64,000 bases of DNA from Escherichia coli (GTDB taxonomy: Bacteria; Pseudomonadota; Gammaproteobacteria; Enterobacterales; Enterobacteriaceae), in the NCBI RefSeq assembly GCF_003334405.1, contig NZ_QOWM01000002.1, one strand, 5' to 3'. The position numbers and the translations under genes were made by a program. The notes under the pieces are model-generated. The model did not search any database. It had not been told where the DNA came from and saw only the letters and a list, made by a program, of their open reading frames with translations. How positions within the stretch are numbered: the first letter of the stretch is position 1; the number at the start of each line of letters is the position of its first letter. Shown here piece after piece: positions 1 to 11,888 of this stretch.

Positions 1-1839
1 GTTCGCGAGCTGGAACTCCCCGCCACCGGACAACACACCTGGCGATTTGGCCTGACGCGTATGTTGTTGGGCTACGCGATGGAGAGCGCGCAGGGCGAGT
101 GGCAATCGGTTCTACCTTATGATGAATCGAGCGGCTTAATTGCAGAACTGGTGGGGCATCTGGCTTCACTGCTAATGCAGCTAAACATCTGGCGTCGCGG
201 GCTGGCACAGGAGCGTCCGCTGGAAGAGTGGTTGCCGGTTTGTCGCGATATGCTCAACGCCTTCTTCCTGCCGGATGCGGAAACCGAAGCGGCGATGACG
301 CTGATCGAACAACAATGGCAGGCGATTATCGCCGAAGGTTTAGGTGCGCAGTATGGCGACGCGGTGCCGCTGTCACTATTGCGTGATGAACTGGCACAGC
401 GTCTGGATCAAGAACGTATCAGCCAGCGTTTTCTCGCCGGACCGGTTAACATTTGTACTCTGATGCCAATGCGTTCAATTCCGTTCAAAGTGGTTTGCCT
501 GCTGGGAATGAACGACGGCGTTTATCCACGTCAGCTTGCGCCATTGGGCTTTGACCTGATGAGCCAGAAACCGAAGCGTGGCGACCGTAGCCGTCGCGAT
601 GACGACCGCTATCTGTTCCTGGAAGCGTTAATTTCCGCGCAGCAAAAACTCTATATCAGCTATATCGGTCGTTCCATTCAGGATAACAGTGAGCGTTTCC
701 CGTCGGTACTGGTGCAGGAACTGATCGACTACATCGGGCAAAGTCATTATCTACCGGGCGATGAAGCGCTCAACTGTGATGAAAGCGAGGCAAGGGTAAA
801 AGCGCATCTTACTTGCCTCCATACCCGGATGCCGTTTGATCCACAAAACTACCAGCCAGGCGAACGACAAAGCTATGCTCGTGAATGGCTACCTGCGGCC
901 AGCCAGGCTGGTAAAGCACATTCTGAATTTGTTCAGCCGCTGCCGTTTACCTTACCGGAAACCGTGCCGCTGGAAACGCTACAACGATTCTGGGCACATC
1001 CGGTGCGGGCATTTTTCCAGATGCGTTTGCAGGTGAACTTCCGTACTGAAGACAGCGAAATCCCCGACACCGAGCCATTTATTCTGGAAGGACTTAGCCG
1101 TTATCAAATCAATCAGCAGTTATTGAATGCACTGGTTGAGCAGGATGATGCCGAACGCTTGTTCCGCCGCTTCCGAGCGGCAGGGGATTTACCGTATGGC
1201 GCTTTTGGTGAAATTTTCTGGGAAACACAGTGCCAGGAGATGCAGCAGCTTGCCGACAGAGTCATTGCCTGTCGCCAGCCGGGGCAGAGTATGGAAATTG
1301 ATCTCGCCTGCAACGGTGTGCAGATAACTGGCTGGTTGCCGCAGGTGCAGCCGGATGGCCTGTTGCGCTGGCGTCCCTCTTTATTAAGTGTGGCCCAGGG
1401 AATGCAACTTTGGCTGGAACACCTTGTCTACTGTGCCAGCGGTGGTAATGGTGAAAGTCGCCTTTTTCTACGCAAAGACGGCGAGTGGCGTTTTCCGCCG
1501 CTTGCAGCCGAACAGGCTTTGCATTACCTCTCACAACTGATTGAGGGGTATCGTGAAGGAATGTCCGCGCCATTGCTGGTGTTACCTGAAAGTGGCGGCG
1601 CGTGGCTAAAAACCTGTTATGACGCGCAAAACGATGCCATGCTGGATGACGATTCCACGTTGCAAAAAGCCCGTACGAAATTCCTTCAGGCTTACGAAGG
1701 CAACATGATGGTGCGTGGCGAAGGTGATGATATCTGGTATCAAAGGCTCTGGCGGCAATTAACACCAGAGACAATGGAGGCCATCGTTGAACAGTCGCAA
1801 CGTTTCCTGTTACCGCTGTTTCGCTTTAATCAGTCATGA
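1..1839 (+). CDS. recC: RecC, exodeoxyribonuclease V gamma subunit; C-terminal ~612 codons, 5' end lies outside the window
   Basis: Frame is open from base 1 with no stop before the listed ORF (61..1839). Translation is recognised as the RecC C-terminal region, and the context is the recC-ptrA-recB-recD cluster. Confidence 0.9.
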   Translation, partial: VRELELPATGQHTWRFGLTRMLLGYAMESAQGEWQSVLPYDESSGLIAELVGHLASLLMQLNIWRRGLAQERPLEEWLPVCRDMLNAFFLPDAETEAAMTLIEQQWQAIIAEGLGAQYGDAVPLSLLRDELAQRLDQERISQRFLAGPVNICTLMPMRSIPFKVVCLLGMNDGVYPRQLAPLGFDLMSQKPKRGDRSRRDDDRYLFLEALISAQQKLYISYIGRSIQDNSERFPSVLVQELIDYIGQSHYLPGDEALNCDESEARVKAHLTCLHTRMPFDPQNYQPGERQSYAREWLPAASQAGKAHSEFVQPLPFTLPETVPLETLQRFWAHPVRAFFQMRLQVNFRTEDSEIPDTEPFILEGLSRYQINQQLLNALVEQDDAERLFRRFRAAGDLPYGAFGEIFWETQCQEMQQLADRVIACRQPGQSMEIDLACNGVQITGWLPQVQPDGLLRWRPSLLSVAQGMQLWLEHLVYCASGGNGESRLFLRKDGEWRFPPLAAEQALHYLSQLIEGYREGMSAPLLVLPESGGAWLKTCYDAQNDAMLDDDSTLQKARTKFLQAYEGNMMVRGEGDDIWYQRLWRQLTPETMEAIVEQSQRFLLPLFRFNQS

Positions 1840-2014
1840 GTGCTGTATAAAAATTGCGCAATCTATCCGCTTACTTTATGATGCGCACCAGTCACGGACT
1901 GATGGTTATATAAACATAGGCTGACTCGTGCAGCACAAGATTAAATTCTGGCAGATGATTTGCGTTAACGTGTTGAATCTGGACAGAAAATTAAGTTGAT
2001 TATGAGGTCCGTGA

Positions 2015-4903
2015 ATGCCCCGCAGCACCTGGTTCAAAGCATTATTGTTGTTAGTTGCCCTTTGGGCACCCTTAAGTCAGGCAGAAACGGGATGGCAGCC
2101 GATTCAGGAAACCATCCGTAAAAGTGATAAAGATAACCGCCAGTATCAGGCTATACGTCTGGATAACGGTATGGTGGTCTTGCTGGTTTCTGATCCGCAG
2201 GCAGTTAAATCGCTCTCGGCGCTGGTGGTGCCCGTTGGGTCGCTGGAAGATCCCGAGGCGTACCAGGGGCTGGCACATTACCTTGAACATATGAGTCTGA
2301 TGGGGTCGAAAAAGTACCCGCAGGCTGACAGTCTGGCCGAATATCTCAAAATGCACGGCGGTAGTCACAATGCCAGCACTGCGCCGTATCGCACGGCTTT
2401 CTATCTGGAAGTTGAGAACGACGCCTTGCCTGGTGCGGTAGACCGCCTGGCCGATGCTATTGCTGAACCTTTGCTCGACAAGAAATATGCCGAACGTGAG
2501 CGTAATGCGGTGAACGCTGAATTAACCATGGCGCGTACGCGTGACGGGATGCGCATGGCACAGGTCAGCGCAGAAACCATTAACCCGGCACACCCCGGTT
2601 CAAAGTTTTCTGGTGGTAACCTCGAAACTTTAAGCGACAAACCTGGTAATCCGGTGCAGCAGGCGCTGAAAGATTTCCACGAGAAGTACTATTCCGCCAA
2701 TTTGATGAAGGCGGTTATTTACAGTAATAAACCGCTGCCGGAGTTGGCAAAAATGGCGGCGGACACCTTTGGTCGCGTGCCGAACAAAGAGAGCAAAAAA
2801 CCGGAAATCACCGTGCCGGTAGTCACCGACGCGCAAAAGGGCATTATCATTCATTACGTCCCTGCGCTGCCGCGTAAAGTGTTGCGCGTTGAGTTTCGCA
2901 TCGATAACAACTCAGCGAAGTTCCGTAGTAAAACCGATGAATTGATTACCTATCTGATTGGCAATCGCAGCCCAGGTACACTTTCTGACTGGCTGCAAAA
3001 GCAGGGATTAGTTGAGGGCATTAGCGCCAACTCCGATCCTATCGTCAACGGCAACAGCGGCGTATTAGCGATCTCTGCGTCTTTAACCGATAAAGGCCTG
3101 GCTAATCGCGATCAGGTTGTGGCGGCAATTTTTAGCTATCTCAATCTGTTACGTGAAAAAGGCATTGATAAACAATACTTCGATGAACTGGCGAATGTGC
3201 TGGATATCGACTTCCGTTATCCGTCGATCACCCGTGATATGGATTACGTCGAATGGCTGGCAGATACCATGATTCGCGTTCCTGTTGAGCATACGCTGGA
3301 TGCAGTCAATATTGCCGATCGGTACGATGCTAAAGCAGTAAAGGAACGTCTGGCGATGATGGCGCCGCAGAATGCGCGTATCTGGTATATCAGCCCGAAA
3401 GAGCCGCACAACAAAACGGCTTACTTTGTCGATGCGCCGTATCAGGTCGATAAAATCAGCGCACAAACTTTCGCCGACTGGCAGAAAAAAGCCGCCGACA
3501 TTGCGCTCTCTTTGCCAGAGCTTAACCCTTATATTCCTGATGATTTCTCGCTGATTAAGTCAGAGAAGAAATACGACCATCCAGAGCTGATTGTTGATGA
3601 GTCGAATCTGCGCGTGGTGTATGCGCCAAGCCGTTATTTTGCCAGCGAGCCCAAAGCTGATGTCAGCCTGATTTTGCGTAATCCGAAAGCCATGGACAGC
3701 GCCCGCAATCAGGTGATGTTTGCGCTCAATGATTATCTCGCAGGGCTGGCGCTTGATCAGTTAAGCAACCAGGCGTCGGTTGGTGGCATAAGTTTTTCCA
3801 CCAACGCTAACAACGGCCTTATGGTTAATGCTAATGGTTACACCCAGCGTCTGCCGCAGCTGTTCCAGGCATTGCTCGAGGGGTACTTTAGCTATACCGC
3901 TACGGAAGATCAGCTTGAGCAGGCGAAGTCCTGGTATAACCAGATGATGGATTCCGCAGAAAAGGGTAAAGCGTTTGAGCAGGCGATTATGCCCGCGCAG
4001 ATGCTCTCGCAAGTGCCGTACTTCTCGCGAGATGAACGGCGTAAAATTTTGCCCTCCATTACGTTGAAAGAGGTGCTGGCCTATCGCGACGCCTTAAAAT
4101 CAGGGGCTCGACCAGAGTTTATGGTTATCGGCAACATGACCGAGGCCCAGGCAACAACGCTGGCACGCGATGTGCAAAAACAGTTGGGCGCTGATGGTTC
4201 AGAGTGGTGTCGAAACAAAGATGTAGTGGTCGATAAAAAACAATCCGTCATCTTTGAAAAAGCCGGTAACAGCACCGACTCCGCACTGGCAGCGGTATTT
4301 GTACCGACTGGCTACGATGAATACACCAGCTCAGCCTATAGCTCTCTGTTGGGGCAGATCGTACAGCCGTGGTTCTACAATCAGTTGCGTACCGAAGAAC
4401 AATTGGGCTATGCCGTGTTTGCGTTTCCAATGAGCGTGGGGCGTCAGTGGGGCATGGGCTTCCTTTTGCAAAGCAATGATAAACAGCCTTCATTCTTGTG
4501 GGAGCGTTACAAGGCGTTTTTCCCAACCGCAGAGGCAAAATTGCGAGCGATGAAGCCAGATGAGTTTGCGCAAATCCAGCAGGCGGTAATTACCCAGATG
4601 CTGCAGGCACCGCAAACGCTCGGCGAAGAAGCATCGAAGTTAAGTAAAGATTTCGATCGCGGCAATATGCGCTTCGATTCGCGTGATAAAATCGTGGCCC
4701 AGATAAAACTGCTGACGCCGCAAAAACTTGCTGATTTCTTCCATCAGGCGGTGGTCGAGCCGCAAGGCATGGCTATTCTGTCGCAGATTTCCGGCAGCCA
4801 GAACGGGAAAGCCGAATATGTACACCCTGAAGGCTGGAAAGTGTGGGAGAACGTCAGCGCGTTGCAGCAAACAATGCCCCTGATGAGTGAAAAGAATGAG
4901 TGA
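2015..4903 (+). CDS. ptrA: Protease III (pitrilysin), periplasmic zinc metalloprotease
   Basis: 962-aa ORF with an N-terminal signal peptide (MPRSTWFKALLLLVALWAPLSQA) and an HYLEH inverted zinc-binding motif. It sits between recC and recB. Confidence 0.92.
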   Translation: MPRSTWFKALLLLVALWAPLSQAETGWQPIQETIRKSDKDNRQYQAIRLDNGMVVLLVSDPQAVKSLSALVVPVGSLEDPEAYQGLAHYLEHMSLMGSKKYPQADSLAEYLKMHGGSHNASTAPYRTAFYLEVENDALPGAVDRLADAIAEPLLDKKYAERERNAVNAELTMARTRDGMRMAQVSAETINPAHPGSKFSGGNLETLSDKPGNPVQQALKDFHEKYYSANLMKAVIYSNKPLPELAKMAADTFGRVPNKESKKPEITVPVVTDAQKGIIIHYVPALPRKVLRVEFRIDNNSAKFRSKTDELITYLIGNRSPGTLSDWLQKQGLVEGISANSDPIVNGNSGVLAISASLTDKGLANRDQVVAAIFSYLNLLREKGIDKQYFDELANVLDIDFRYPSITRDMDYVEWLADTMIRVPVEHTLDAVNIADRYDAKAVKERLAMMAPQNARIWYISPKEPHNKTAYFVDAPYQVDKISAQTFADWQKKAADIALSLPELNPYIPDDFSLIKSEKKYDHPELIVDESNLRVVYAPSRYFASEPKADVSLILRNPKAMDSARNQVMFALNDYLAGLALDQLSNQASVGGISFSTNANNGLMVNANGYTQRLPQLFQALLEGYFSYTATEDQLEQAKSWYNQMMDSAEKGKAFEQAIMPAQMLSQVPYFSRDERRKILPSITLKEVLAYRDALKSGARPEFMVIGNMTEAQATTLARDVQKQLGADGSEWCRNKDVVVDKKQSVIFEKAGNSTDSALAAVFVPTGYDEYTSSAYSSLLGQIVQPWFYNQLRTEEQLGYAVFAFPMSVGRQWGMGFLLQSNDKQPSFLWERYKAFFPTAEAKLRAMKPDEFAQIQQAVITQMLQAPQTLGEEASKLSKDFDRGNMRFDSRDKIVAQIKLLTPQKLADFFHQAVVEPQGMAILSQISGSQNGKAEYVHPEGWKVWENVSALQQTMPLMSEKNE

Positions 4904-7900
4904 TGTCGCCGAGACACTAGATCCTTTGCGCTTGCCCTTACAGGGTGAGCGCCTGATTGAAGCCTCTGCCGGCACAGGCAAAACCTTTACGATTGCGGCG
5001 CTCTATTTGCGCCTGTTACTTGGACTAGGCGGTTCCGCCGCCTTTCCCCGCCCGCTGACCGTTGAAGAACTGCTGGTGGTCACCTTTACCGAGGCTGCCA
5101 CGGCAGAATTGCGCGGTCGTATCCGTAGCAATATCCACGAGTTGCGCATCGCCTGTCTGCGTGAAACCACCGACAATCCACTGTACGAACGCCTGCTGGA
5201 AGAGATCGACGATAAAGCGCAAGCCGCGCAGTGGTTGTTGTTAGCCGAACGGCAGATGGATGAAGCGGCAGTCTTTACTATTCACGGCTTTTGCCAGCGC
5301 ATGCTCAACCTGAATGCCTTTGAATCCGGCATGCTGTTTGAGCAGCAGCTGATTGAAGATGAGTCTCTGCTACGCTACCAGGCCTGCGCCGATTTCTGGC
5401 GTCGCCACTGCTACCCGCTGCCGCGTGAAATAGCCCAGGTCGTCTTTGAAACCTGGAAAGGGCCGCAGGCGTTGCTGCGCGATATTAATCGTTATCTGCA
5501 AGGCGAAGCGCCGGTTATCAAAGCACCGCCGCCCGATGATGAAACGCTGGCTTCCCGTCACGCGCAAATTGTGGCGCGTATTGATACGGTAAAACAGCAG
5601 TGGCGCGACGCAGTGGGTGAACTGGATGCGCTGATCGAATCTTCTGGTATTGATCGACGCAAGTTTAACCGTAGCAATCAGGCTAAATGGATCGACAAGA
5701 TCAGCGCCTGGGCAGAAGAAGAGACAAACAGTTATCAGTTGCCGGAGTCGCTGGAAAAATTCTCCCAGCGTTTCTTAGAAGATCGCACGAAGGCCGGGGG
5801 GGGAACCCCGCGACATCCACTGTTTGAGGCGATCGATCAACTGCTTGCAGAACCATTGTCGATCCGCGATCTGGTGATCACCCGCGCATTGGCTGAGATC
5901 CGCGAAACAGTAGCGCGTGAAAAACGCCGCCGTGGCGAATTGGGTTTTGATGACATGTTAAGTCGGCTCGATTCCGCGCTGCGTAGCGAAAGCGGTGAGG
6001 TGTTGGCAGCGGCGATCCGTACGCGATTCCCGGTGGCAATGATCGATGAATTTCAGGATACCGACCCCCAGCAGTACCGAATTTTTCGCCGTATCTGGCA
6101 CCATCAGCCGGAAACCGCATTGTTGCTAATTGGCGACCCGAAGCAGGCCATATATGCATTCCGGGGTGCGGATATCTTCACTTATATGAAGGCGCGTAGC
6201 GAAGTTCACGCCCACTACACTTTAGACACCAACTGGCGTTCCGCACCAGGAATGGTGAACAGCGTGAATAAGCTTTTCAGCCAGACTGATGACGCGTTCA
6301 TGTTTCGCGAAATACCGTTTATTCCAGTGAAATCAGCCGGGAAAAATCAGGCGTTACGTTTTGTATTTAAAGGTGAAACACAGCCTGCGATGAAAATGTG
6401 GCTGATGGAAGGCGAAAGCTGCGGCGTTGGCGATTATCAAAGTACCATGGCGCAGGTATGTGCTGCGCAAATCCGCGACTGGCTACAAGCCGGACAGCGG
6501 GGCGAAGCGTTGCTGATGAACGGCGACGACGCGCGTCCGGTGCGTGCTTCGGACATCAGTGTGCTGGTGCGCAGCCGCCAGGAGGCCGCCCAGGTGCGCG
6601 ATGCCTTAACGTTGCTGGAAATCCCTTCCGTTTACCTTTCGAACCGCGACAGTGTTTTTGAAACTCTGGAAGCGCAGGAAATGCTTTGGTTGTTGCAGGC
6701 GGTGATGACGCCCGAACGTGAGAACACCCTGCGTAGTGCGCTGGCAACGTCAATGATGGGGCTGAACGCGCTGGATATCGAAACGCTGAACAATGACGAA
6801 CATGCGTGGGATGTGGTAGTCGAAGAGTTCGATGGTTATCGGCAAATCTGGCGCAAACGTGGCGTTATGCCGATGCTGCGGGCGCTGATGTCGGCGCGTA
6901 ACATTGCTGAAAACTTGCTGGCAACGGCAGGCGGTGAGCGGCGTCTTACCGATATCTTGCATATCAGCGAACTGCTACAAGAAGCCGGAACGCAGCTGGA
7001 AAGTGAACATGCGCTGGTACGCTGGTTATCGCAACATATCCTCGAGCCAGACAGTAATGCCTCCAGCCAACAAATGCGTCTCGAAAGTGATAAACATCTG
7101 GTGCAGATTGTCACGATCCACAAATCGAAAGGGCTGGAATATCCATTGGTCTGGCTGCCGTTTATCACCAATTTCCGCGTCCAGGAGCAGGCGTTTTATC
7201 ACGATCGCCACTCGTTTGAGGCAGTTCTGGATCTTAATGCTGCGCCAGAAAGCGTCGACCTCGCGGAGGCCGAACGTCTGGCGGAAGATCTGCGTTTGCT
7301 TTACGTGGCGCTGACACGTTCGGTTTGGCATTGCAGTCTCGGCGTTGCACCGCTGGTGCGCCGTCGTGGCGATAAAAAAGGTGACACCGACGTCCACCAA
7401 AGTGCGCTCGGGCGTTTGCTGCAAAAAGGGGAACCGCAAGATGCGGCAGGGCTTCGCACCTGTATTGAAGCGTTATGCGATGATGATATTGCCTGGCAAA
7501 CGGCACAAACTGGTGATAACCAACCCTGGCAGGTTAATGATGTTTCTACAGCAGAGCTGAATGCGAAGACGTTACAACGATTGCCCGGCGATAACTGGCG
7601 CGTCACCAGCTACTCTGGTTTGCAACAGCGTGGTCACGGTATCGCCCAGGATTTGATGCCTCGGCTGGATGTCGATGCTGCAGGCGTTGCCAGCGTCGTT
7701 GAAGAACCGACGTTAACACCACATCAGTTTCCGCGCGGTGCGTCACCGGGGACGTTCTTGCACAGTTTGTTTGAAGACCTGGATTTTACCCAGCCGGTTG
7801 ACCCGAACTGGGTGCGGGAAAAACTGGAACTCGGCGGCTTTGAATCGCAGTGGGAACCGGTATTGACCGAGTGGATCACGGCTGTCCTCCAGGCACCTCT

Positions 7901-8438
7901 CAATGAAACCGGCGTAAGCCTGAGTCAACTTTCCGCCCGCAATAAACAGGTGGAGATGGAGTTTTATCTGCCGATTAGTGAACCGCTTATCGCCAGTCAG
8001 CTTGATACGTTAATCCGCCAGTTTGACCCGCTATCCGCAGGCTGCCCGCCGCTGGAGTTCATGCAGGTACGTGGCATGTTAAAAGGCTTTATCGACCTGG
8101 TGTTCCGCCACGAAGGGCGTTATTACCTGCTCGACTATAAATCCAACTGGTTGGGTGAAGACAGTTCGGCTTACACCCAACAGGCTATGGCAGCGGCAAT
8201 GCAGGCACACCGCTATGATCTGCAATATCAGCTTTATACCCTGGCGCTGCATCGTTATCTGCGCCATCGCATTGCTGATTACGACTATGAGCACCACTTT
8301 GGCGGCGTTATTTATCTGTTCCTGCGTGGCGTTGATAAAGAACATCCGCAACAGGGGATTTACACAACCCGACCCAACGCCGGGTTGATTGCCCTGATGG
8401 ATGAGATGTTTGCCGGTATGACCCTGGAGGAGGCGTAA
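4896..8438 (+). CDS. recB: RecB, exodeoxyribonuclease V beta subunit (helicase-nuclease)
   Basis: ORF 4887..8438. The start is placed at the second ATG ([13 protein letters not shown]...), giving 1180 aa. Walker A motif [10 protein letters not shown] is present. The start overlaps the ptrA stop by 8 nt. Confidence 0.92.
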
Positions 8439-10264
8439 TGAAATTGCAAAAGCAATTACTGGAAGCTGTGGAGCACAAACAGCTACGCCCGCTGGATGTG
8501 CAATTTGCCCTGACCGTGGCGGGAGATGAACATCCTGCCGTCACCCTCGCGGCGGCACTGTTAAGTCATGATGCCGGAGAGGGACACGTTTGTTTGCCGC
8601 TTTCACGACTGGAAAATAACGAGGCGTCGCATCCGCTGTTGGCGACCTGTGTCAGTGAAATCGGTGAGCTACAAAATTGGGAAGAATGCTTGCTGGCTTC
8701 TCAAGCGGTCAGCAGGGGAGATGAACCCACGCCGATGATCCTCTGTGGCGATCGTCTTTATTTGAATCGCATGTGGTGTAACGAGCGCACAGTGGCACGC
8801 TTTTTCAACGAAGTGAATCATGCCATTGAGGTTGATGAAGCTCTACTGGCGCAAACCCTGGACAAACTTTTTCCAGTAAGCGATGAAATTAACTGGCAAA
8901 AAGTTGCGGCGGCAGTGGCGCTGACGCGGCGGATCTCGGTGATTTCCGGCGGCCCTGGCACCGGTAAAACGACCACCGTAGCGAAGTTGCTGGCAGCGTT
9001 AATTCAAATGGCCGACGGCGAACGCTGCCGTATCCGTCTGGCTGCACCAACGGGTAAAGCTGCCGCGCGCTTAACCGAATCTCTCGGCAAGGCTTTGCGA
9101 CAGTTACCGCTGACCGATGAACAAAAGAAACGCATTCCGGAAGATGCCAGCACTTTGCACCGATTGCTGGGCGCGCAGCCGGGTAGCCAGCGTTTACGTC
9201 ATCATGCCGGTAACCCGCTGCATCTTGATGTGCTGGTGGTAGATGAAGCGTCAATGATCGATCTGCCTATGATGTCGAGACTGATCGACGCTTTGCCCGA
9301 TCATGCGCGAGTGATCTTTCTCGGCGATCGTGATCAACTGGCCTCGGTTGAGGCTGGGGCTGTGCTGGGCGATATCTGCGCTTATGCCAACGCGGGCTTT
9401 ACCGCCGAGCGTGCCAGGCAGCTAAGCCGCCTGACGGGGACTCACGTTCCGGCAGGAACCGGCACAGAAGCGGCATCTTTGCGCGACAGTCTCTGCCTGC
9501 TGCAAAAAAGCTATCGTTTCGGCAGCGATTCTGGCATTGGTCAGTTAGCTGCGGCGATCAACCGTGGTGATAAAACGGCAGTGAAAACCGTTTTTCAGCA
9601 GGATTTTACTGATATCGAAAAACGGCTTTTACAGAGCGGCGAAGATTATATTGCGATGCTTGAGGAAGCTCTTGCGGGTTACGGACGTTATCTGGATCTG
9701 CTGCAAGCGCGTGCCGAGCCGGATTTAATCATTCAGGCGTTCAATGAGTACCAGCTTTTGTGCGCCCTGCGGGAAGGGCCGTTTGGCGTGGCTGGACTGA
9801 ATGAGCGAATTGAGCAGTTTATGCAACAGAAGCGCAAAATTCATCGTCATCCGCACTCTCGTTGGTACGAAGGTCGACCGGTGATGATTGCCCGTAATGA
9901 CAGCGCGCTTGGGTTGTTTAATGGCGATATCGGTATTGCGCTGGATCGCGGGCAGGGGACGCGCGTCTGGTTTGCGATGCCGGACGGCAATATTAAGTCT
10001 GTGCAACCGAGTCGCTTGCCAGAGCACGAAACTACGTGGGCGATGACGGTACATAAATCGCAGGGATCGGAGTTCGACCATGCGGCGTTGATTTTGCCGA
10101 GCCAACGCACGCCGGTAGTAACGCGAGAGCTGGTTTATACCGCGGTGACCCGCGCGCGTCGCCGTCTGTCGCTGTATGCCGATGAGCGCATATTAAGTGC
10201 GGCAATCGCCACTCGTACTGAGCGGCGCAGTGGTCTGGCGGCGTTGTTTAGTTCACGGGAATAA
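8438..10264 (+). CDS. recD: RecD, exodeoxyribonuclease V alpha subunit
   Basis: 608-aa ORF with Walker A motif [10 protein letters not shown]. Its ATG overlaps the recB TAA stop (TAATG). Confidence 0.93.
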
Positions 10265-10269
10265 ACGTA

Positions 10270-10320
10270 ATTGCCGGATGCGACGTACGAGTGTTACGCA
10301 TGTCGCATCCGACGATTTTC
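10270..10320. repeat. REP-like palindromic hairpin between convergent recD and argA; likely bidirectional terminator
   Basis: Inverted repeat ggatgcgacg ... tgtcgcatcc in the 61-bp convergent gap. Confidence 0.45.
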
Positions 10321-10325
10321 ATCGC

Positions 10326-11657
10326 TTACCCTAAATCCGCCATCAACACTTTGGATTTACGCTGGTAGTTGTACAACTGCTTTTTGCTCTCGGGCAGTAA
10401 ATCAATATCCACTGGGGTAAATCCACGTTCCTGGAACCAGTGAATACTGCGCGTGGTCAGCACAAACAATTTGCTTAAGCCGCTCTGCTTCGCCTGAGCG
10501 GCAATGCGTTCCAGCAGAACTTCACCCCTTGATGAACTGCGGTAATCCGGGTGAACTGCCACACAGGCCATTTCCCCAATCTTCTCTTCCGGGAACGGAT
10601 AGAGCGCGGCGCAGGCAATAGTCGTGTTATCGCGCTGAATAATGGTGAATTTGTCGATTTCCATCTCCAGCTGCTCGCGAGAACGGCGTACCAGAATACC
10701 TTGCTGCTCCAGTGGGCGAATCAACTCCAGAATACCGCCAATATCGTTGATTGTTGCGCGACGAATCTGCTCGGCGCTTTCCATCACAATCTGCGTACCG
10801 ATACCGTCGCGTGAGAACAACTCTTGCAACAGCGCGCCATCTTCCTGATAACTGATTAAATGACAGCGACGCACGCCGCTGCGGCAGGCTTTCACTGCGC
10901 CACGCAAAAAGCGCACCGTACCGGAGTTGTAATCGCCTTTCTCTTCCTGGGCTTCTACCCGCGCTTGCGCTTCGTTAGGGAAAAGTTCGGAGACAATATC
11001 ACCGTCGTCATTAGTGACGCCCTGGGAAGAGCAAAAACCAATCATCTTTTCAGCTTTCAGTTTGATGGCCAGTTGAGTGGCAATCTCTTCCGAGGTCAGG
11101 TTAAAGCTCTCGCCAGTGACTGAAACAGCGACCGGCCCCATTAGCACTATTGCACCGCTGTCCAGTTGACGATGGATCGCGTCTTCATCAATCCGCCGGA
11201 TACGCCCGCTATGGCAGTAATCCACGCCGTCATCGACGCCCAGCGGCTGGGCAATAATAAAATTGCCACTGACGACGTTGATATGCGCGCCCTGCAGCGG
11301 CGTGTTATTGAGACTCATCGACAGGCGAGCAGTAATATCCAGTTGCAATGTTCCCGCAGCCTGCTTCACCAGTTCCAGTGTTTTGGCGTCGGTCACACGT
11401 ATATTCTTGTGATACAGCGGTTCGTGGTGATGCGCAGCCAGATTTGCGTCGATCTGCGGACGTGCGCCATAGACCACCACCAGACGGATGCCGAGGCTGT
11501 GCAACAACCCGATATCATTAACGATACTGGAGAAATTCTCATGCTCAATGGCTTCACCGCCGAGCATGATGACAAACGTTTTTCCCCGGTGGGTATTGAT
11601 ATAGGGAACCGAATGGCGGAATCCCTCGACCAACTCGGTTTTACGTTCCTTTACCAC
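10326..11657 (-). CDS. argA: N-acetylglutamate synthase
   Basis: ORF 10326..11723. I place the start at the GTG codon at 11655..11657 (VKERKTEL...), which gives the expected 443 aa. C-terminal GNAT acetyltransferase region. Confidence 0.88.
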   Translation of the reverse strand: MVKERKTELVEGFRHSVPYINTHRGKTFVIMLGGEAIEHENFSSIVNDIGLLHSLGIRLVVVYGARPQIDANLAAHHHEPLYHKNIRVTDAKTLELVKQAAGTLQLDITARLSMSLNNTPLQGAHINVVSGNFIIAQPLGVDDGVDYCHSGRIRRIDEDAIHRQLDSGAIVLMGPVAVSVTGESFNLTSEEIATQLAIKLKAEKMIGFCSSQGVTNDDGDIVSELFPNEAQARVEAQEEKGDYNSGTVRFLRGAVKACRSGVRRCHLISYQEDGALLQELFSRDGIGTQIVMESAEQIRRATINDIGGILELIRPLEQQGILVRRSREQLEMEIDKFTIIQRDNTTIACAALYPFPEEKIGEMACVAVHPDYRSSSRGEVLLERIAAQAKQSGLSKLFVLTTRSIHWFQERGFTPVDIDLLPESKKQLYNYQRKSKVLMADLG

Positions 11658-11888
11658 GGCACACCTCTTTGCATGATTATTCGAAATTAGTGTATTTTTA
11701 TTCTGTTTTTTCGCAGGGTGCAAGTGTAAATTTTATGCGAGAGCGACTTTTTTATCAGTAATGCCGTGAATATAAAAAGAATGTTTACCGTTTATTAGAT
11801 GACAGATTATGCGTCTTTCGCTAAAGTTTCCGGTCAAATTAGTCGTTTACTTGTTACACAGCTTAGATTTCTTTTGCTCGGGAGAGGC

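Noticed and set aside
5072-5079. Chi octamer GCTGGTGG inside recB (others seen in recD and gudP)
   Set aside because: These are real octamers, but Chi is strongly over-represented throughout E. coli genomes. A copy inside recB is a curiosity, not a distinct feature.
11658-11888. Possible ArgR boxes in the argA-amiC divergent region (gcatgattattcgaaat, gtgaatataaaaagaatg)
   Set aside because: Only partial matches to the TGAAT-N8-ATTCA ARG-box pattern. Too weak to call without a matrix scan.
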